Below the pieces are notes generated by a model. That model did not search any database. It was not told where the DNA came from and saw only the letters and a list, made by a program, of their open reading frames with translations. A stretch of 64,000 bases of DNA from Podarcis gaigeae. Its lineage: Eukaryota. A program made the translations under genes and the position numbers. The stretch lies in the NCBI GenBank assembly GCA_964106915.2, contig OZ066917.1; one strand, 5' to 3'. Below, one piece after another: positions 36,936-50,270 of this stretch (its first letter is position 1; the number at the start of each line of letters is the position of its first letter).

Positions 36936-36975
<40 letters not shown>

Positions 36976-36976
36976 C
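36935..36976. repeat. (AT)17 microsatellite within a perfect 42-bp palindrome
   Basis: gcaa(at)17ttgc. Confidence 0.95.
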
Positions 36977-37817
36977 ACTTAAACCAAATTTACTCTGCCT
37001 AAGCTTTCCAGTGTAGATAAATGGGGGAGATTCACTGAGAAGGGGATCCCAATTCTCTGAAGAAAAAATGGATTTTATAATCTTTTAAGTAATATAAATG
37101 TATACTTTATAAAAGGAAAAATTATTGTGGAAAAGAATCCAATTATTTCAATATTTTTAAGACCGGCATTTTCTTGGAACAATGTGCACACTTACTTTCC
37201 TGCACTGGCATACACATTTCCATGGTGTAACAATGAGTAACAACGAAAGGATATGTTCCCCTCCCCACCCCCCATCTTCGGCTACTTTCCCTCCTCTACT
37301 GTGTTAGCACAAGGAGTACTCTGTTGTAGGAATGTTGTTAATGCCACTGTGGCATTAAGAGAAAAGCCACTCCCATAGCCCAGAAAAATTGGATCGTCCA
37401 TACAAGTCTTTAATTTCATTAGTCACTTACAACAGGATTTGAAAGAGGAGCATAGTGAACCAAGGCATAGCCTTCCGTGGCCCAGCTGAAATCTTGTTTT
37501 TGAACTGACTGCACAGAAATGATTAGATGAGGAAACCAAAAGAAGTTCTTTTTTAGAACAAGGAGTTAATCTGCAGCGTCCCAGTTTCACAATGAAATTG
37601 ATGTAAGGCCTAAATGACTACATCTGCAGAACATTTTGTTTTCTGTATGATACAAAATTTCACCACAGAAAGATATGGTGCTATGACTTGCAGGCTGTGA
37701 AATGCTGAAAACACAGGTAAGAAAATAAAAAATAAAATAAAATTGTAGGTAAATAAAATGCAACTCTCTGATAAAAGAGAAATGTCTTCTGGATCTTCTC
37801 AAGTGCTTTCTATAATA

Positions 37818-38059
37818 CAGTGGTACCTCAGGTTACATACACTTCAGGTTACATACGCTTCAGGTTAAAGACTCCGCTAACCCAGAAATAGTACCTTGGG
37901 TTAAGAACTTTGCTTCAGGATGAGAACAGAAATCGTGCTCCGGCGGCGCAGTAGCAGCAGGAGGCCCCATTAGCTAAAGTGGTGCTTCAGGTTAAGAACA
38001 GTTTCAGGTTAAGAACGGACCTCCGGAACGAATTAAGTATGTAACCAGAGGTACCACTG
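37818..38059 (+). mobile_element. MITE family A, copy 7
   Basis: Same TIRs, TA TSD. Confidence 0.9.
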
Positions 38060-39827
38060 TATGATGGTGCAACCACAGAGAATACAGGCATTCAGCATTT
38101 GCCCTGTTCTTATGATTGCTACTGTGCATGGTGGGTGGTTACAAAAAACTGAATCCATGTGCAGAATTTAGCCTGCGTCAGCTCTTGATACTCCACTGCC
38201 ACACATGATCATTCATACTGGCATGCCAAATGTTAATCTGCACTGAAATAAGCCTGTGACACTGGATGTAAACGTCTTTGGCATATGTTGGCATAGCTGG
38301 ACTTCCACTGGCCCAGCCTTTCCTGTTAAACTACATGCCGCAAACACCATTCAGATAGGCCCTCTGCCTCATAAACTCTGCTGATCACCTATTATAGATT
38401 CATTATGTCTGCTTAGTGAAATTTGTTGCTATAGATCCCTAATACAAAATGCTCATGTGACTTGTGAAATATGGAAGTGCATGTTTAGAGATCACATTTC
38501 ACTTTAAAATACACACAAGAGGAAAGATATTGCCACTCCTGTATGTTCAAGGTCTTCATATCCAGCATACTATTTGAGTGTGTTTTGTATCCAAATATAA
38601 AAGGTCAATGGCCCTTAATTTTTGATAGGAAGCTACTGATCCATTCTCATGCATGGGAGCATGGTGCATGGATAATATTTCAGTATCTATTTGCTGATTC
38701 ATGCCTATGGAGCTAACCAAATTTCCACTGGTCTCATTTCCCAAGCGTTCGTTTTTCATTTCTTGAGCACAGCTTCATGCTGACTCACTCTTTATGTAGT
38801 TCCTGGGTCCTTTCCCCAGCTTTTCTGAGTATGTGCTTCTTCTACGGCTTGATTCTTTATCTACTCAGTTTCTATGTAGCCAAATAAACTATATTTGTAA
38901 TCTATAAGCCTTACTTAGATGCTAGCCAAATTTATTCCACACCCACCACAGTTCATCTTTTTTCTTTTATATTTGCAATACAGTACACGTAAAACACCTC
39001 GCAGTTATTTACTACAACAAAACACTGGGATATCTCTTGTTTCCAGGATGAGAGGGCCTGTATCAGTTGTACTCTCTGTTTCTGGGAAGTTAGTTTCCAT
39101 GATGGAAACTGGCTATTGTGTCATGGACATGGTGTCATGGAAATGGCGAGGGGATGGTAAGTATATCCTCCTAGTACACTCAGCTGTTATGTGAAAGGAG
39201 CCCAATACTGAATTCTCCCACACCCAGAAACACAGGTTTTAAATGTAAAAATGAATAAAGATGAGATTCACAAATATTGCTGGGAATTTAAAATACTCAT
39301 GTTTTGTTTCCAAATGAACCTTATGCCTTAAAATAAATCAAGTGCAGTTGTATATCAAAATACTTTAATTCTGTTCTTATCTGTACAGCACAGTTCTTTC
39401 CACAAGTCACCATGTTCCCGTAGGTCTCGTTTATCTTCTTACACTTTTAAGAGACCAAGCAGGAAAAACAAGGATGAAATTTTTTTATATCCCTCCTTTC
39501 TGTGCGCTACTCCTGTGAGTGTTTCCTAGATTTGGGTCAAGGTTGGCTGGCAAATGTTAATGTCACCGGAAGCGCTTTTGAGGAACTGTTGTGGAAGGCC
39601 AAATTGCATAAGTATCCTGAAGCAGGATCTAGCTCCAATGAACCTGCAGCCTGGCTTGTCCCCCCTTCCCCTTCTCAGCAGCCCAGTAAGTTGTACCTGC
39701 TCCCCTTCAACCAGTGCATTTGAACTTCTGTTCCTCACATTCTGGCAGCTCACTTCTGGAGGGTTCTGTTATGCTTTTCAATAAACCTAAGCATGGGGTA
39801 AAATGGGAAATCAGAAAACTATAACTA

Positions 39828-40065
39828 CAGTGGTACCTTGGTTCCCGAACAGCTTAGTTGTCAAACAAATTGGCTCCCGAATGCCGCAAACCCGGAAGTA
39901 AGTGTTCCAGTTTGCGAACGTTTTTCGGTGAATATCCGACATGGCTTCTGCAGCTTCCGATTGAGTGCAGGAAGCTCCTGCAAGCAAACAGAAGCCGTGC
40001 CTTGGTTTTTGAATGGTCGTACAGACTCCTGGAATGGATTAAATTTGAAAACCAATGTACCACTG
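39828..40065. mobile_element. Tc1/pogo-type MITE, family B (shared TIR, different interior)
   Basis: CAGTGGTACCTTGGTT ... AACCAATGTACCACTG, TA TSD. Confidence 0.85.
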
Positions 40066-40168
40066 TATAGACATAGGGCAGGTGTGGGGAGCTTTTTTCC
40101 CCCAGGCCCACATTCCCTCATGGGCAACTTCCCAGGGGCCACATACTAGTGGTGGTGAATAGGGCTAG

Positions 40169-40258
40169 CATAGCTGTCAACTTTTCCCTTTTCTTGCAAG
40201 GAATCCTATTCAGAATAAGGGAATTTCCCTTAAAAAAAGGGAAAAGTTGACAGCTGTG
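40169..40258. mobile_element. 90-bp palindromic MITE nested in an older hAT-like element (~40079-40754)
   Basis: Arms catagctgtcaacttttccctttt / aaaagggaaaagttgacagctgtg; TSD agggctag / agtgccag (6/8). Confidence 0.75.
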
Positions 40259-41164
40259 AGTGCCAGAGGCAGCTAGGATATGGCCGTAGGGAAATGGGAG
40301 AGGAGCAATGGATGTGGCTCCAACTTTGGTGTAGTAGGCAACATTCAGCCATGGAAAACCCATATTTTCTTTACCCACACTCACAAACACAACACTCTGA
40401 AGCTGCACTGAGGAAGCATAGACAAGATCAACTTAAAAACCACACAGCAGGCTGCGCAAGCAGAACAGAAACTAAAAACACCGTGCCCGAGAGTTAACTC
40501 AGGCAGCTCCTCGTACAGCAAGCCAGGAGAGCCAATACACTGCACTCTCCACACTACATCCAGGTAAGCAGAAGACACCATTGCTTTGAGGACCCATTTC
40601 CACCAGGAAGAAGCATTTGAGAAGGGCATGGGAGGGTGTGACCTGGGGGGAGGCGTGTGTGAGGAGGAGCATGGCCTAAGAAGAGTCCCAGGGGTCTGGC
40701 AGAGAGACCTGAGGGGCTACACGCAGGCCCCAGGACTGAGGTTCCTCATCCCTGAAAAAGAGGAACAAGAACGTATCCTTTTCACTGCACTTTGCAAAAT
40801 TCTGTAATCTAAACCCTGAGAGAAGCAACGAGAGCACGAGATTGCTTGTTAATATTTTAGAACCTGAACCCGAACGGCTGTGTCAGATACAAAAATCACT
40901 TTCAGCTGTCAAAATATCCCATGCAATTTCCCAGAGCATAAAAGCAGAAGGTCTGTCAGATGTGAAAGGTGGTAAGAAAGGCTGTGGTATTTACTCCTAC
41001 CTTGTCAAATAAATTCTGCACCATAGTTGAATTCCATATGTGCAGCACCCTGGATTCTTGGATAAAACACCAAATAATACTGGCCAAATATTGCAGCATT
41101 AACCACTGTTACACTGAATCTTGCAGCTCCTGAGCCAAATGGGAGTGTGGGAGTCTTTGTATAT

Positions 41165-41415
41165 TACCCAGTCCTATGATTTGAGTCCGTGTGATGTAGT
41201 GGTTAATGTTGGACTAAGACCTGTGAGACCAGGGTTCAAATTCCCATACAGCCATGAAGGTCACTGTGTCACCTTGGGCCAGTCACTGTCTCTTAGCCTA
41301 ACCTAACACTCAGTGTTGTTGTGAGAATAAAATGGGGAGGGGGGAAACAATACATGCATGCCACCTTGAACTCCTTGCGGGGGGTGGGGGAGATATCATA
41401 TAAATCAAATAAATA
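41165..41415 (+). mobile_element. tRNA-derived CORE-SINE (MIR/Squam3-like), old
   Basis: A-box tgatgtagtgg, B-box ggttcaaattcc, CORE-like caccttgggccagtcac, A-rich tail. Confidence 0.7.
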
Positions 41416-43762
41416 ATGTCTGAAGAGGACTTTCTTCAATACAGACACACACTGTCCATTCTCACAGCTGTGGTGCGACTCAGATGCGGATTACGAGGTG
41501 TTATTTAAAGGTCGAAAAAGAAATAATGTAACGAGTACAGTTGAGGGTGCAAACCTGTGGTTCTTCGAAGGTGACCTAGGAGGCATAGGATGTTGGGGGT
41601 CTCCCTTCCAACAGAGACAAGATCTGTCTTTGGAAGCCTTTTTGGTATAGCTGCTGTCCCTTCACCATCAGTGCTCCAATGGTTGTAAGGAGATAAAATG
41701 AGTGTGAGCGGGGTGTGTCAAGAGGCAATCCCCTCCCAACTCCTGTCCTGGTCAGCGCATGACTGGCATGGCTCTGGAGCTGGTGTTTCTTCCAGCCTAG
41801 ATTCTCCAGTTGGGTTGCTCTGTCCATTTTTACCACCAGGAGGGGCGCCATTTAAATCATTTGCCATGGGCACTGAAATGCCTTGGGCCATCTCTGGGTG
41901 TTTGTGCCCTAGCTCTCTGCTTGTTCCATGTATATTCAATAGCATACGAGGTTTGTGTTAAGTGAATTCTGACCACAGGAGCAAATTACCTTGCCTTTAA
42001 GGCTAATTTAAGCCTGAGGGAACTGGTTGTTTAGCAGGGAGTTGAATGCACATGTGGCTTCTCAATCAATAATTATGACTTCCAACAATTTCTGGAATCT
42101 CCACAGGACCATCAGCATTCCAGAGCAGAGGTGAAGGCAGGGGCGAATTCCTTCCTCTCCGTTTTTTTTTTCCTCCAGCACCCCATGGAAAAATTCTTTC
42201 AGAAGAATGTCTTGCTCTTCACAGGTACTTTATGGCTGATATTTCATAGGAAAGAAGTAATCAGGTAGCATGCAGAGTTCTACTTGAGCATGAATAATAT
42301 ACCACATCCTCTGTTGCCAGAAGCATGAGGGTTTCCTGTTGATTTTAGTAAGAGGTGAATTTTACTTGCTTTCACATCTTCATTGTAAGCTGAAGGTGAG
42401 GAAGTTTTGAGAAAACCTGCTCAAAAAGCCAGCTTATGGAAACAGAACCTACGATTACAACCCAGACCTTTAGATCGTCCTCTGTTTGGTAGCACATCAC
42501 TAAGGTGAAGAAGCGCACAATATTTTTTTAAAAGGAAAATCATTACCATTTGGGGGCTTACAAGAAATTGTGGGAAGATGGAGGATAAATGATAGAAAAT
42601 TAATGTAATATTCTGAGACTCCTGAGTTCCAGGTCTGTTATTTATTGTTTACTTATTTGCTTTATTTATATCCTGCTTTTCCACCAACAAACTCAAGGCA
42701 GCATGCATAGTTCTCCCTTGTAGGTTAGAGTTGAGGTTGGCGACTGGTGAATTTTATGACTGAGTGTATATTTGAGCATAGATCTCCCCAGGTCTTATCT
42801 GGCACTCTAATTAGGAGTTGCCAACATTTTTGAACCTGTGGGCATATTTCATATTTTTCATCAATCACAAAATGTCTGCAGTAGGGTTGTGTCCTGTCCA
42901 TACATCATTTTGCTTTGTTCTGTGATGCTTCTTTAACAATACTGCATTATTGCCCGCTGGAGGGGCACTCTTGGACTATAGTGCAAGAAAAGTGGGACAC
43001 ACACACAGCACAGGACATGCACTGATTAGAAACTTAGCAACACTTTGCATGGACAGTGTTGAAAGCAAGGTCACATATATACAACCAGCCTGATAACATC
43101 GTGAGCATAAATAATCACAAATGCAGAATAAAAAGGACATTTCACATAGATTCCTGATCATCACCAACTTTCTCACTGAAGAAGTTTTCCGCTGAAGTGA
43201 CAGTACCATGTCCCCACAAAAATGGTAGGCACATCCTTTGACTGCAGAAAAGTGCAAAGCCTGGGCAAGTGCCCACCAGTCATATCTTACCTTTAGTCAA
43301 GTGCACTTGTGCTCATTGACGAAGCTTAGATACTGTGTTTCACTGCCATATTTACTCATAATACATAATCTGGATTATTTCTGCTCACTTTATTGCTCTG
43401 TTGAACTTTCTACTTACAGAAGTTCCTGTTTAAATAAGGAACAAACAGTCCAGAGCCCAGATGCTGTAACTCGCTGCATCTCTCCCTCTCTGCTGCCTAG
43501 GTTTTCTGGCTCTTCTCATAGAGGACTGGTTCACGTGTTACACTCAGTGGGGTGTCACCTTTTAATTTGCGAGGGCTCTCCATTCATGCGAGTTGTGTAG
43601 TAAGAGCTCACAGCTCATGAGTTTCAGACACAGTAAAGTCTGCGATTTTGGATACTATTTGGAAGTCATGAAAAATGACATGGCTGAGACTCATTCATCT
43701 ATCAACTCACATATTATTTTGCTCATGCAAATGAAAAATTCATGTGCATAAAAAAGTGCGCC

Positions 43763-43765
<3 letters not shown>

Positions 43766-43796
<31 letters not shown>
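43766..43796. repeat. (CA)n microsatellite
   Basis: Direct observation. Confidence 0.95.
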
Positions 43797-43799
<3 letters not shown>

Positions 43800-45724
43800 G
43801 CAAGTTTGGCAAAAGACAGCTACAGCTAATGCCACAATGAGACTTGACTTATTTTGAAGACGAAAACAATGAAAGTTTTCCCAGGATGGCATCTGCACAA
43901 CACAATAAAAAACCAATAATGTAAACAATAATATTAAGAAGAAGTAGAAAAGACTTATTAAATATAAAATAGCATATGGTAGATATAATATTAAAAAACT
44001 GAATATAAAACACAACTTAAAATGCCTTAGAAAATAAAAAAGGTTTTTTGCCTGGTGCTAGAATCACAAAATAAGTGGGTGCCAAGTATCTCTCTCTCTT
44101 TTGCCATTCACTATAACTGTAATTGCAGGACAGGCAACAGGGATAAGAAACCCCAGGCCTGGAGCCCAATGTGTCAATCCAGGACTTTCTATATGGCCCT
44201 CAAGACTCTCCCAAGACCAACCACTCGCTCCACCTGTTCTCTGCCCTCATTAAGTCCCCTTGCTTGTCTGGATGTGTTTATGTACACAAGTCTTTGCTTC
44301 TCCCCAGCCCATGACTGTGCTGTATGGAGAAGGAAAGAAGCCAAATTCTGTCCTTACCGCTTGTGGTTTATGCGGCTTGTTTCTGTTTGTGTCCCCCATC
44401 TTTTACAACTGTCAGAAGGTGGGGAGAAGCAAAGCACTAGTGCATGTTATTCCCTCGTTAATTTTATTCTCGTTGCTACCTGAAAATGGGGCTAAAGTTG
44501 GAGGAAAATAAAATATGGGGGTACTTAGAGAAAGATGCATGTAAGCAGACCTTTTAACTATTTGTCAGCATAAAAACCCCTATTTCAGAGAAGTGCTACC
44601 CTGAATATTTTCTTATGAGTCAGCGTTTTAGATATATGGCAATTTGTTTACCCAGAAGCTATGGGATATTCCTCTTTGTACCTTGTGAATTCAATCACTT
44701 TTGGCAGGGAGGGGGTCTTGTGGTGGTTGAGTTCCCAATTTAAATTCTGTTGGGCCTATGGAACAGAGATGGTTCTGTTCAGGATAGACTCTTTACCCCC
44801 CTCAATGGGAATTTAAAAATTGTTCCCAGTGATGATATCATAGCCATCTACATTCCCACAGTTGCAACAATGGAAGTTATTGAGAGGCATGACATTTTCG
44901 TTTAATACTTACATTGTTAAATACTTTTATTTTTATATATATATATATAAAAAGAACAAAAAACAATGAAAGGCAAAATGTGTTTTGACAAAGAATGTTA
45001 GAATGATAGAAATATATTGTTGGAAGAGATTCCATGACTAATCAGTTTTTCATTAGCACAGCAGCTTTGGGTGGGGGCAATAGAGTTGCTCTGAATGTGG
45101 ACGTAGCTGGTGGCTGTTGTGGGATGTCTCTGTATATAATAATGATATTTCTTCCTGTAATCCTGAGCACAAGTGGGCAAGATTCAGAAAATAAGTAATT
45201 CTGGGCAATGGCCATAAAGCTAGGATGGGGAACTTGTGACCAGTGTGCAGGGATGATGGAAGCTGCTGTCCAACAATATCCAAAAGGCCACAAGTTATCC
45301 ATACCTCCCATAAAACATCCTGAAAATGGTCAGCTAACCAACCATTCCTTGTAAAATCTGGAAATCGAACAAATCCACATCCTGCTAAACGTATTGCAAA
45401 CTCCTACAGAGGCAGGAATCTGTCCTTTCATTCTTCCAGGGATAGTGCAGTGTAATTACAATCATAATTACAATTGTCAGTGTTGTTGTTGTCATCAAGT
45501 CGTGTATCTACACCAGTGACCAGAGGAGAAATGACCTCTGGGAGGAGTGCAGAAAGAAGAAACGCCATAGTGCATCTGCAGCCGCACAACTGGGTGCCTT
45601 CATCTGCCCCTGCTACAACAAACATGTCTCTCCTGCATCGGTCTCTACAGCCACAACCGGTGCTGCAACCTTCCATCAGCTTGACTTCAACCCCAAAGGC
45701 GCACTCCTCCATTGTCTCCCGAGA

Positions 45725-45768
<44 letters not shown>
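45725..45768. repeat. (ATT)n microsatellite
   Basis: Direct observation. Confidence 0.95.
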
Positions 45769-45770
<2 letters not shown>

Positions 45771-46829
45771 CCAATTGACCAAAACAGAAGACACTTGAGT
45801 CAAGAGAAACATACAGATTGATATACAGAATAGAGCTCAATTTTCTCCATAATGGATATTCTGAATACTGCCACTTAACATTCATTTGGAAGATGGGCAT
45901 CATTGTGGTTTGTGTTCCTGGCGAATGATTCAGATGATCTGTTTCTTTCCCTCCATCCACCACTCTAAATGTAGTGCAACCAAAGGTGGTTGGTTTTCTG
46001 GGTGTGTGGTTTTTTTTTTAGCTTGCCATGCTCTGAGTTGCAATGTGAATTGCACATTACACACACCAACACACACATCAATAATGGATTGTAGAAGAGG
46101 ACATCAAGGCATTTTCTGAATCTTCTTACCTTTGTTCCTTTATTGCATTACTGATAGATTCCCTCCTTTTAAAAAAGATGATTGAATGTTTCTTTTAAAA
46201 AAATGCTCTCTCATTTTAAATTAAGTTTTATGAATTATCTACATCACTTATAATCTGTCTGTTGCGTGAGCCAGCTAAAACTCATTAAGCATATCCTAAC
46301 TATCATTTTGAACTTAATGGTTTCATCAAACGTATCTGTACCTTCACTCCTAGCATACTGGACAATGCCTTTAAGGTTCTGAGGATTAATGAAAATATCA
46401 TTCTTATCTGATTGTGCCTAAATTAAATCCTCATTTGAGAGAGGTAGCCGCTTCTAATGTATTTCTAGTGACGTTTGTTGAAATCCAACAAAACTCTGTA
46501 AAGTAAGGAAATTAAATATTAAAATGGAATACCCTGTAAAGACTTTGCCTCTTCACACGAGAGTTTTCCTAACTGGTGTTCCTCTGACTCTTTGCTAAGG
46601 AATCTACAAGTACAATGGCTGTCTGTCTTTGTTGAGGATTTTTGTGTTGGTCCTGCCACCTGGCCATCAGAAGATGCAGACCACTGTGACCCATTGTTTC
46701 CAGACAATGAGTTATTGTTGTTTTTCGTATAAATTACAAGAGGAAAGTTCCCTGTCTAAGAGGCGTGCAACTGAAAATTTGTCATAGCAGAGACAACTGA
46801 GAAAGAAATTGAGGCATGAGTTCCTGCTA

Positions 46830-47101
46830 GCAGATCCTTGGATGGCTTTAAAAGAAGATTGAACAAATTCATGGAGGATAAAGCTATCAACGGCTACTAG
46901 CTATGATGGCTATGCTCTGTCTCCACAGCTGGAGATAGCAATACTTCTGAATACTAGTTGCTGGAAACCAAAGGAGGGAAAAGTTTTATTGTGCTCAGGT
47001 CCTGCTTGTGGGTTCTCTATGGGCACCTGGGTGGCCGCTGTGAAAACAGGATGCTCGACTAGTGGTCCATTGGCCAGATCCAACGGGCTTTTCTTATGTT
47101 C
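46830..47101 (+). mobile_element. CR1 LINE 3' fragment
   Basis: DGFKRRLNKFMED-coding segment followed by 3'UTR ending cttttcttatgttc. Confidence 0.75.
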
Positions 47102-48011
47102 ATATCCTGCCTCACCATTTATTTCTAGTGCTATTTATTTAACTATATCTATTTATTTTCTTTCTGTTTTGTTATTAATAATTTATTTTAGATTTTCACA
47201 TTTCTATTTGTTTCCACCATACTATTCCCCATATTTTGTCAATCCCTCCTTCCCTTCCTGCCCTCCACTTCCCACAAATGCAGTTAATTATACAAATCCT
47301 GGTGTGATAAGAAGGTTAAAGAAAAATTAAATAATCCACACGTTATACATGAAAAAAATCTAGAAGAAAGGAGGAAGGGAATCCAACTTTTATTTTTAGT
47401 TTATCTATTTAACAAAATCTCTAGGGACTTACTTAAATTAACTCTGGGGTTGGACAGACCTGCTAGACCAGATTTTACTAGTGACACACTGTTCTTTATA
47501 TTATTACCTTTATCCTCCCTAGCAAGGCTAATCATTAACCGATTTGAGATTTTGGTCACAAAATCTTTAAGCTGTATGACAATGTGGCTATGTGGAATCA
47601 ACTAAACTACTCTAAATTTCTGTGGAAAATACTGAAATCTGCATCCTAAGTACACACTTCCTGGAATAAAGAAGAATCCACGAAACAAGATTGCCGTTCA
47701 ATTTTGAATTTTGTGGCACGTAGGAAAACAGTACCCAGAGAATTTTCCACAAGATATTTGCTTCCCTAAGTGCAATGGCTTAATATTGTACTGGGCCTTA
47801 TTAGTACATTAAGTGCTGAATTACGAATTGTTTTCTTGGGGTTATTTTTTACTTTATATGCCATGAGCAACTAATCAGTGCAATCTAAAGAAAGCAACAT
47901 ATATAAGCAGAATAAAAACAAAACTCGTGATGCATTCTAGCATGAACTGCAGCTTCTAATTATAACCAGCCTCTCCTGAAACAGGCATCTCATTTATGTC
48001 TAATGTATTTG

Positions 48012-49033
48012 TTTTTTTAAAAAATAATATTTATTCTAAATCCCCTACAGAGGCTTTGTTATTCAGGAACAAAACTTTACGTCAAGTCCCTTCCATTCTT
48101 CAATAGATAAATCTATTGTCTCCTTTAGTGTAGAGACCTCTGTAGACAAAATAGTGTTCCATTTCTGCAGTTTCCCAGGAGATAAAAAGTCCAATTCAAA
48201 TTCCATGCCAGCAATACTTGTAGTGTCCCACAGCCCCTTTAGGGGGATTATAATAACTCAGTTTCCTTCCAGATCGCACCCAACAGTCAAAGTAACTTGT
48301 TATTCCTTGTTTTAAACAATTTATATCTAATTTGTAACAAATGTAACCGGCAAAGTCCTCATAACAAAGTTCTCTTTTTATTCTTCAGCTTTGACAGCTC
48401 CTTTGACAGCTGTCAAAGCCTCTGTTTCTCCTCTCCCGGCGCTCTCGCGGATCGTTCCCGGTTCCCGGGGGGGGGTTTTGCATTTTAGCTCACGTTCTAC
48501 TTTTCTCCTCCAGCCCAGTCTTATAATTATCCATCGTGAAATTAGTGACTTTATCAAAATAAGGTAGCACTCGATCTTAGTTGTTAAATCCTTTGCTTTA
48601 AATCCTCTACGACAGGGGGGAGACGGACTTCCTTTTTGCACCTCCCCCGCTCGCTCCGAATTAATTTTTTTCCCCCTTTTTAAGTCCAGTTTCCAATTAC
48701 TCACGGGTTGTTCTTTTTAATCCAAATTTTCAATGGAAGAAGTCAGCGCTCTCCGCCAAATGGCATGCAGCTTCGCTCGGCAGGGGAAGCGGAGGACTCA
48801 TAGCACCACACACACACCCCGCACCCGCTCCGCAGCCTTTAAAAAGGCTCCTTCGCGGGTCAGGGGGGCGCAAACGGTGCCCGCCGAGTCACCATGCCCA
48901 TGGGTTTCAGCGCCCATGGTTTTTGAGGGTCCCCGCGACGCCGACGCGGTAGAACCCAGCCCCTGCCGAGCAGGCTCCCTCCGGAGCTCGGAGGGAGTCC
49001 ACCATTCGGCGATGGCGCCAACCCGGAAGTCCC
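48012..49033 (-). mobile_element. ~1-kb non-autonomous retroposon resembling an L1 5'UTR with polyA tail
   Basis: Perfect 17-bp TSD tatgtctaatgtatttg (47995-48011 / 49034-49050); starts GGGACTTCCGG; CpG-rich first ~350 bp; AATAAA (48030-48035) and A7 tail; no RT-coding sequence. Confidence 0.8.
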
Positions 49034-49552
49034 TATGTCTAATGTATTTGATTTGGGAATGAATTTATTTCCCAGTTTCACATAGCAGCTTCAGTTCTCC
49101 AGTTAGGGACTAATCCATAGCTACAAACACAACAGATCTTAATTTGTAGGAGAGTTGTGCACTACGATCAGCCTTGAAGGCCCTTCCTTGAAACACACCC
49201 CAATCAGCTGGTGACTAAAGATAGGGCCCTTTTAGTGGTGGCACCCTGGTTTTGCAATTTCTTTTCCAAGGAGATTTGTGTGGCATCAACATCTTCTCAG
49301 CATTTGGAACTCCACGTTTATTTCTCCAGGCCTTTTAAATTTAACATTTTAACTCTGATTTTTATTAGTAATTTTGTTTCTTGTACGGTTTCATTTGTTT
49401 TTGGTATTGTTGTGATCTTCATTATTGCGTATGTCACTCTGAAAATTCCTAGAACTGAAGACTAGTACATAAGAGAGAGAAAAGAGGGGTGGCTCCCATG
49501 GATGCTCTGTGCACAAATCAGATCTCCTGCTTAAGCCATGTCTCATTCCCTG

Positions 49553-49699
49553 CAGTGGCGTAGCGTGGGTTGTCAGCACCCGGGGCAAGGCAAGTAATTT
49601 GCACCCCCTAACCCGTGGATTTGCGCCCCCTAACCCTAACCTCCAGATGTTGCGCCCGGTGCGGCCGGCCCCCCCTGCACCCCCCATGCTACGCCACTG
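49553..49699. mobile_element. hAT-type MITE with CCCTAA motifs
   Basis: TIRs CAGTGGCGTAGC / GCTACGCCACTG; perfect TSD attccctg. Confidence 0.9.
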
Positions 49700-50270
49700 A
49701 TTCCCTGGGAGATGACGTTGCGGGCTGGGAGCAAGCCCTCCTCACGCGCACTGGGCGGCATAAGCCCTGCGCCACTGGATGGTCCTTGGCCACGTCATCC
49801 TTAGGCCTTCCAATCCGGACGGTCCGGGGGCATGGAGCAGGCTATTTAAACTGCCCATGGCCGAGGACTCGCCCCTGTTTTCTCCCTGCTCGGTCAGTTC
49901 TGCTTACATACTGTTGGATTGCTTTAATGTGGTTTTTGTGGAGTACCAACACAGCAAAACTGTGCTGGATTTTGCAAAACTGTTGTGATCCATACTGATC
50001 ATACACAAGCAACTATATTTTGTATTATCCGAACTATCTGGCTTGTGTATAGGACAAAATTGACCTGAACTCATTTAGAACCCCAGTGGAAATGAAATTA
50101 AGGAATGTAGGTGAACGGTAAGGACATTTTGAAAGTACCACAGTTCCCAAGAGACAGATCAGACACGCTGAAATGCAATGCTGTGAGTTTGGTGAGGGGT
50201 TGGGCTGCATGCCTGAGCCCTTTCTATTTCCTGGATCCAGCAAGAGTTAAAATCTAATGGAGGATTCAGT

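Noticed and set aside
41555-41900. Possible LINE 5' region or DIRS fragment
   Set aside because: Looks repeat-like, but no termini, TSD or coding motif could be defined
47110-47640. Possible retroelement 3' end with a 66-aa minus-strand ORF
   Set aside because: No TSD or diagnostic motif found; left unassigned
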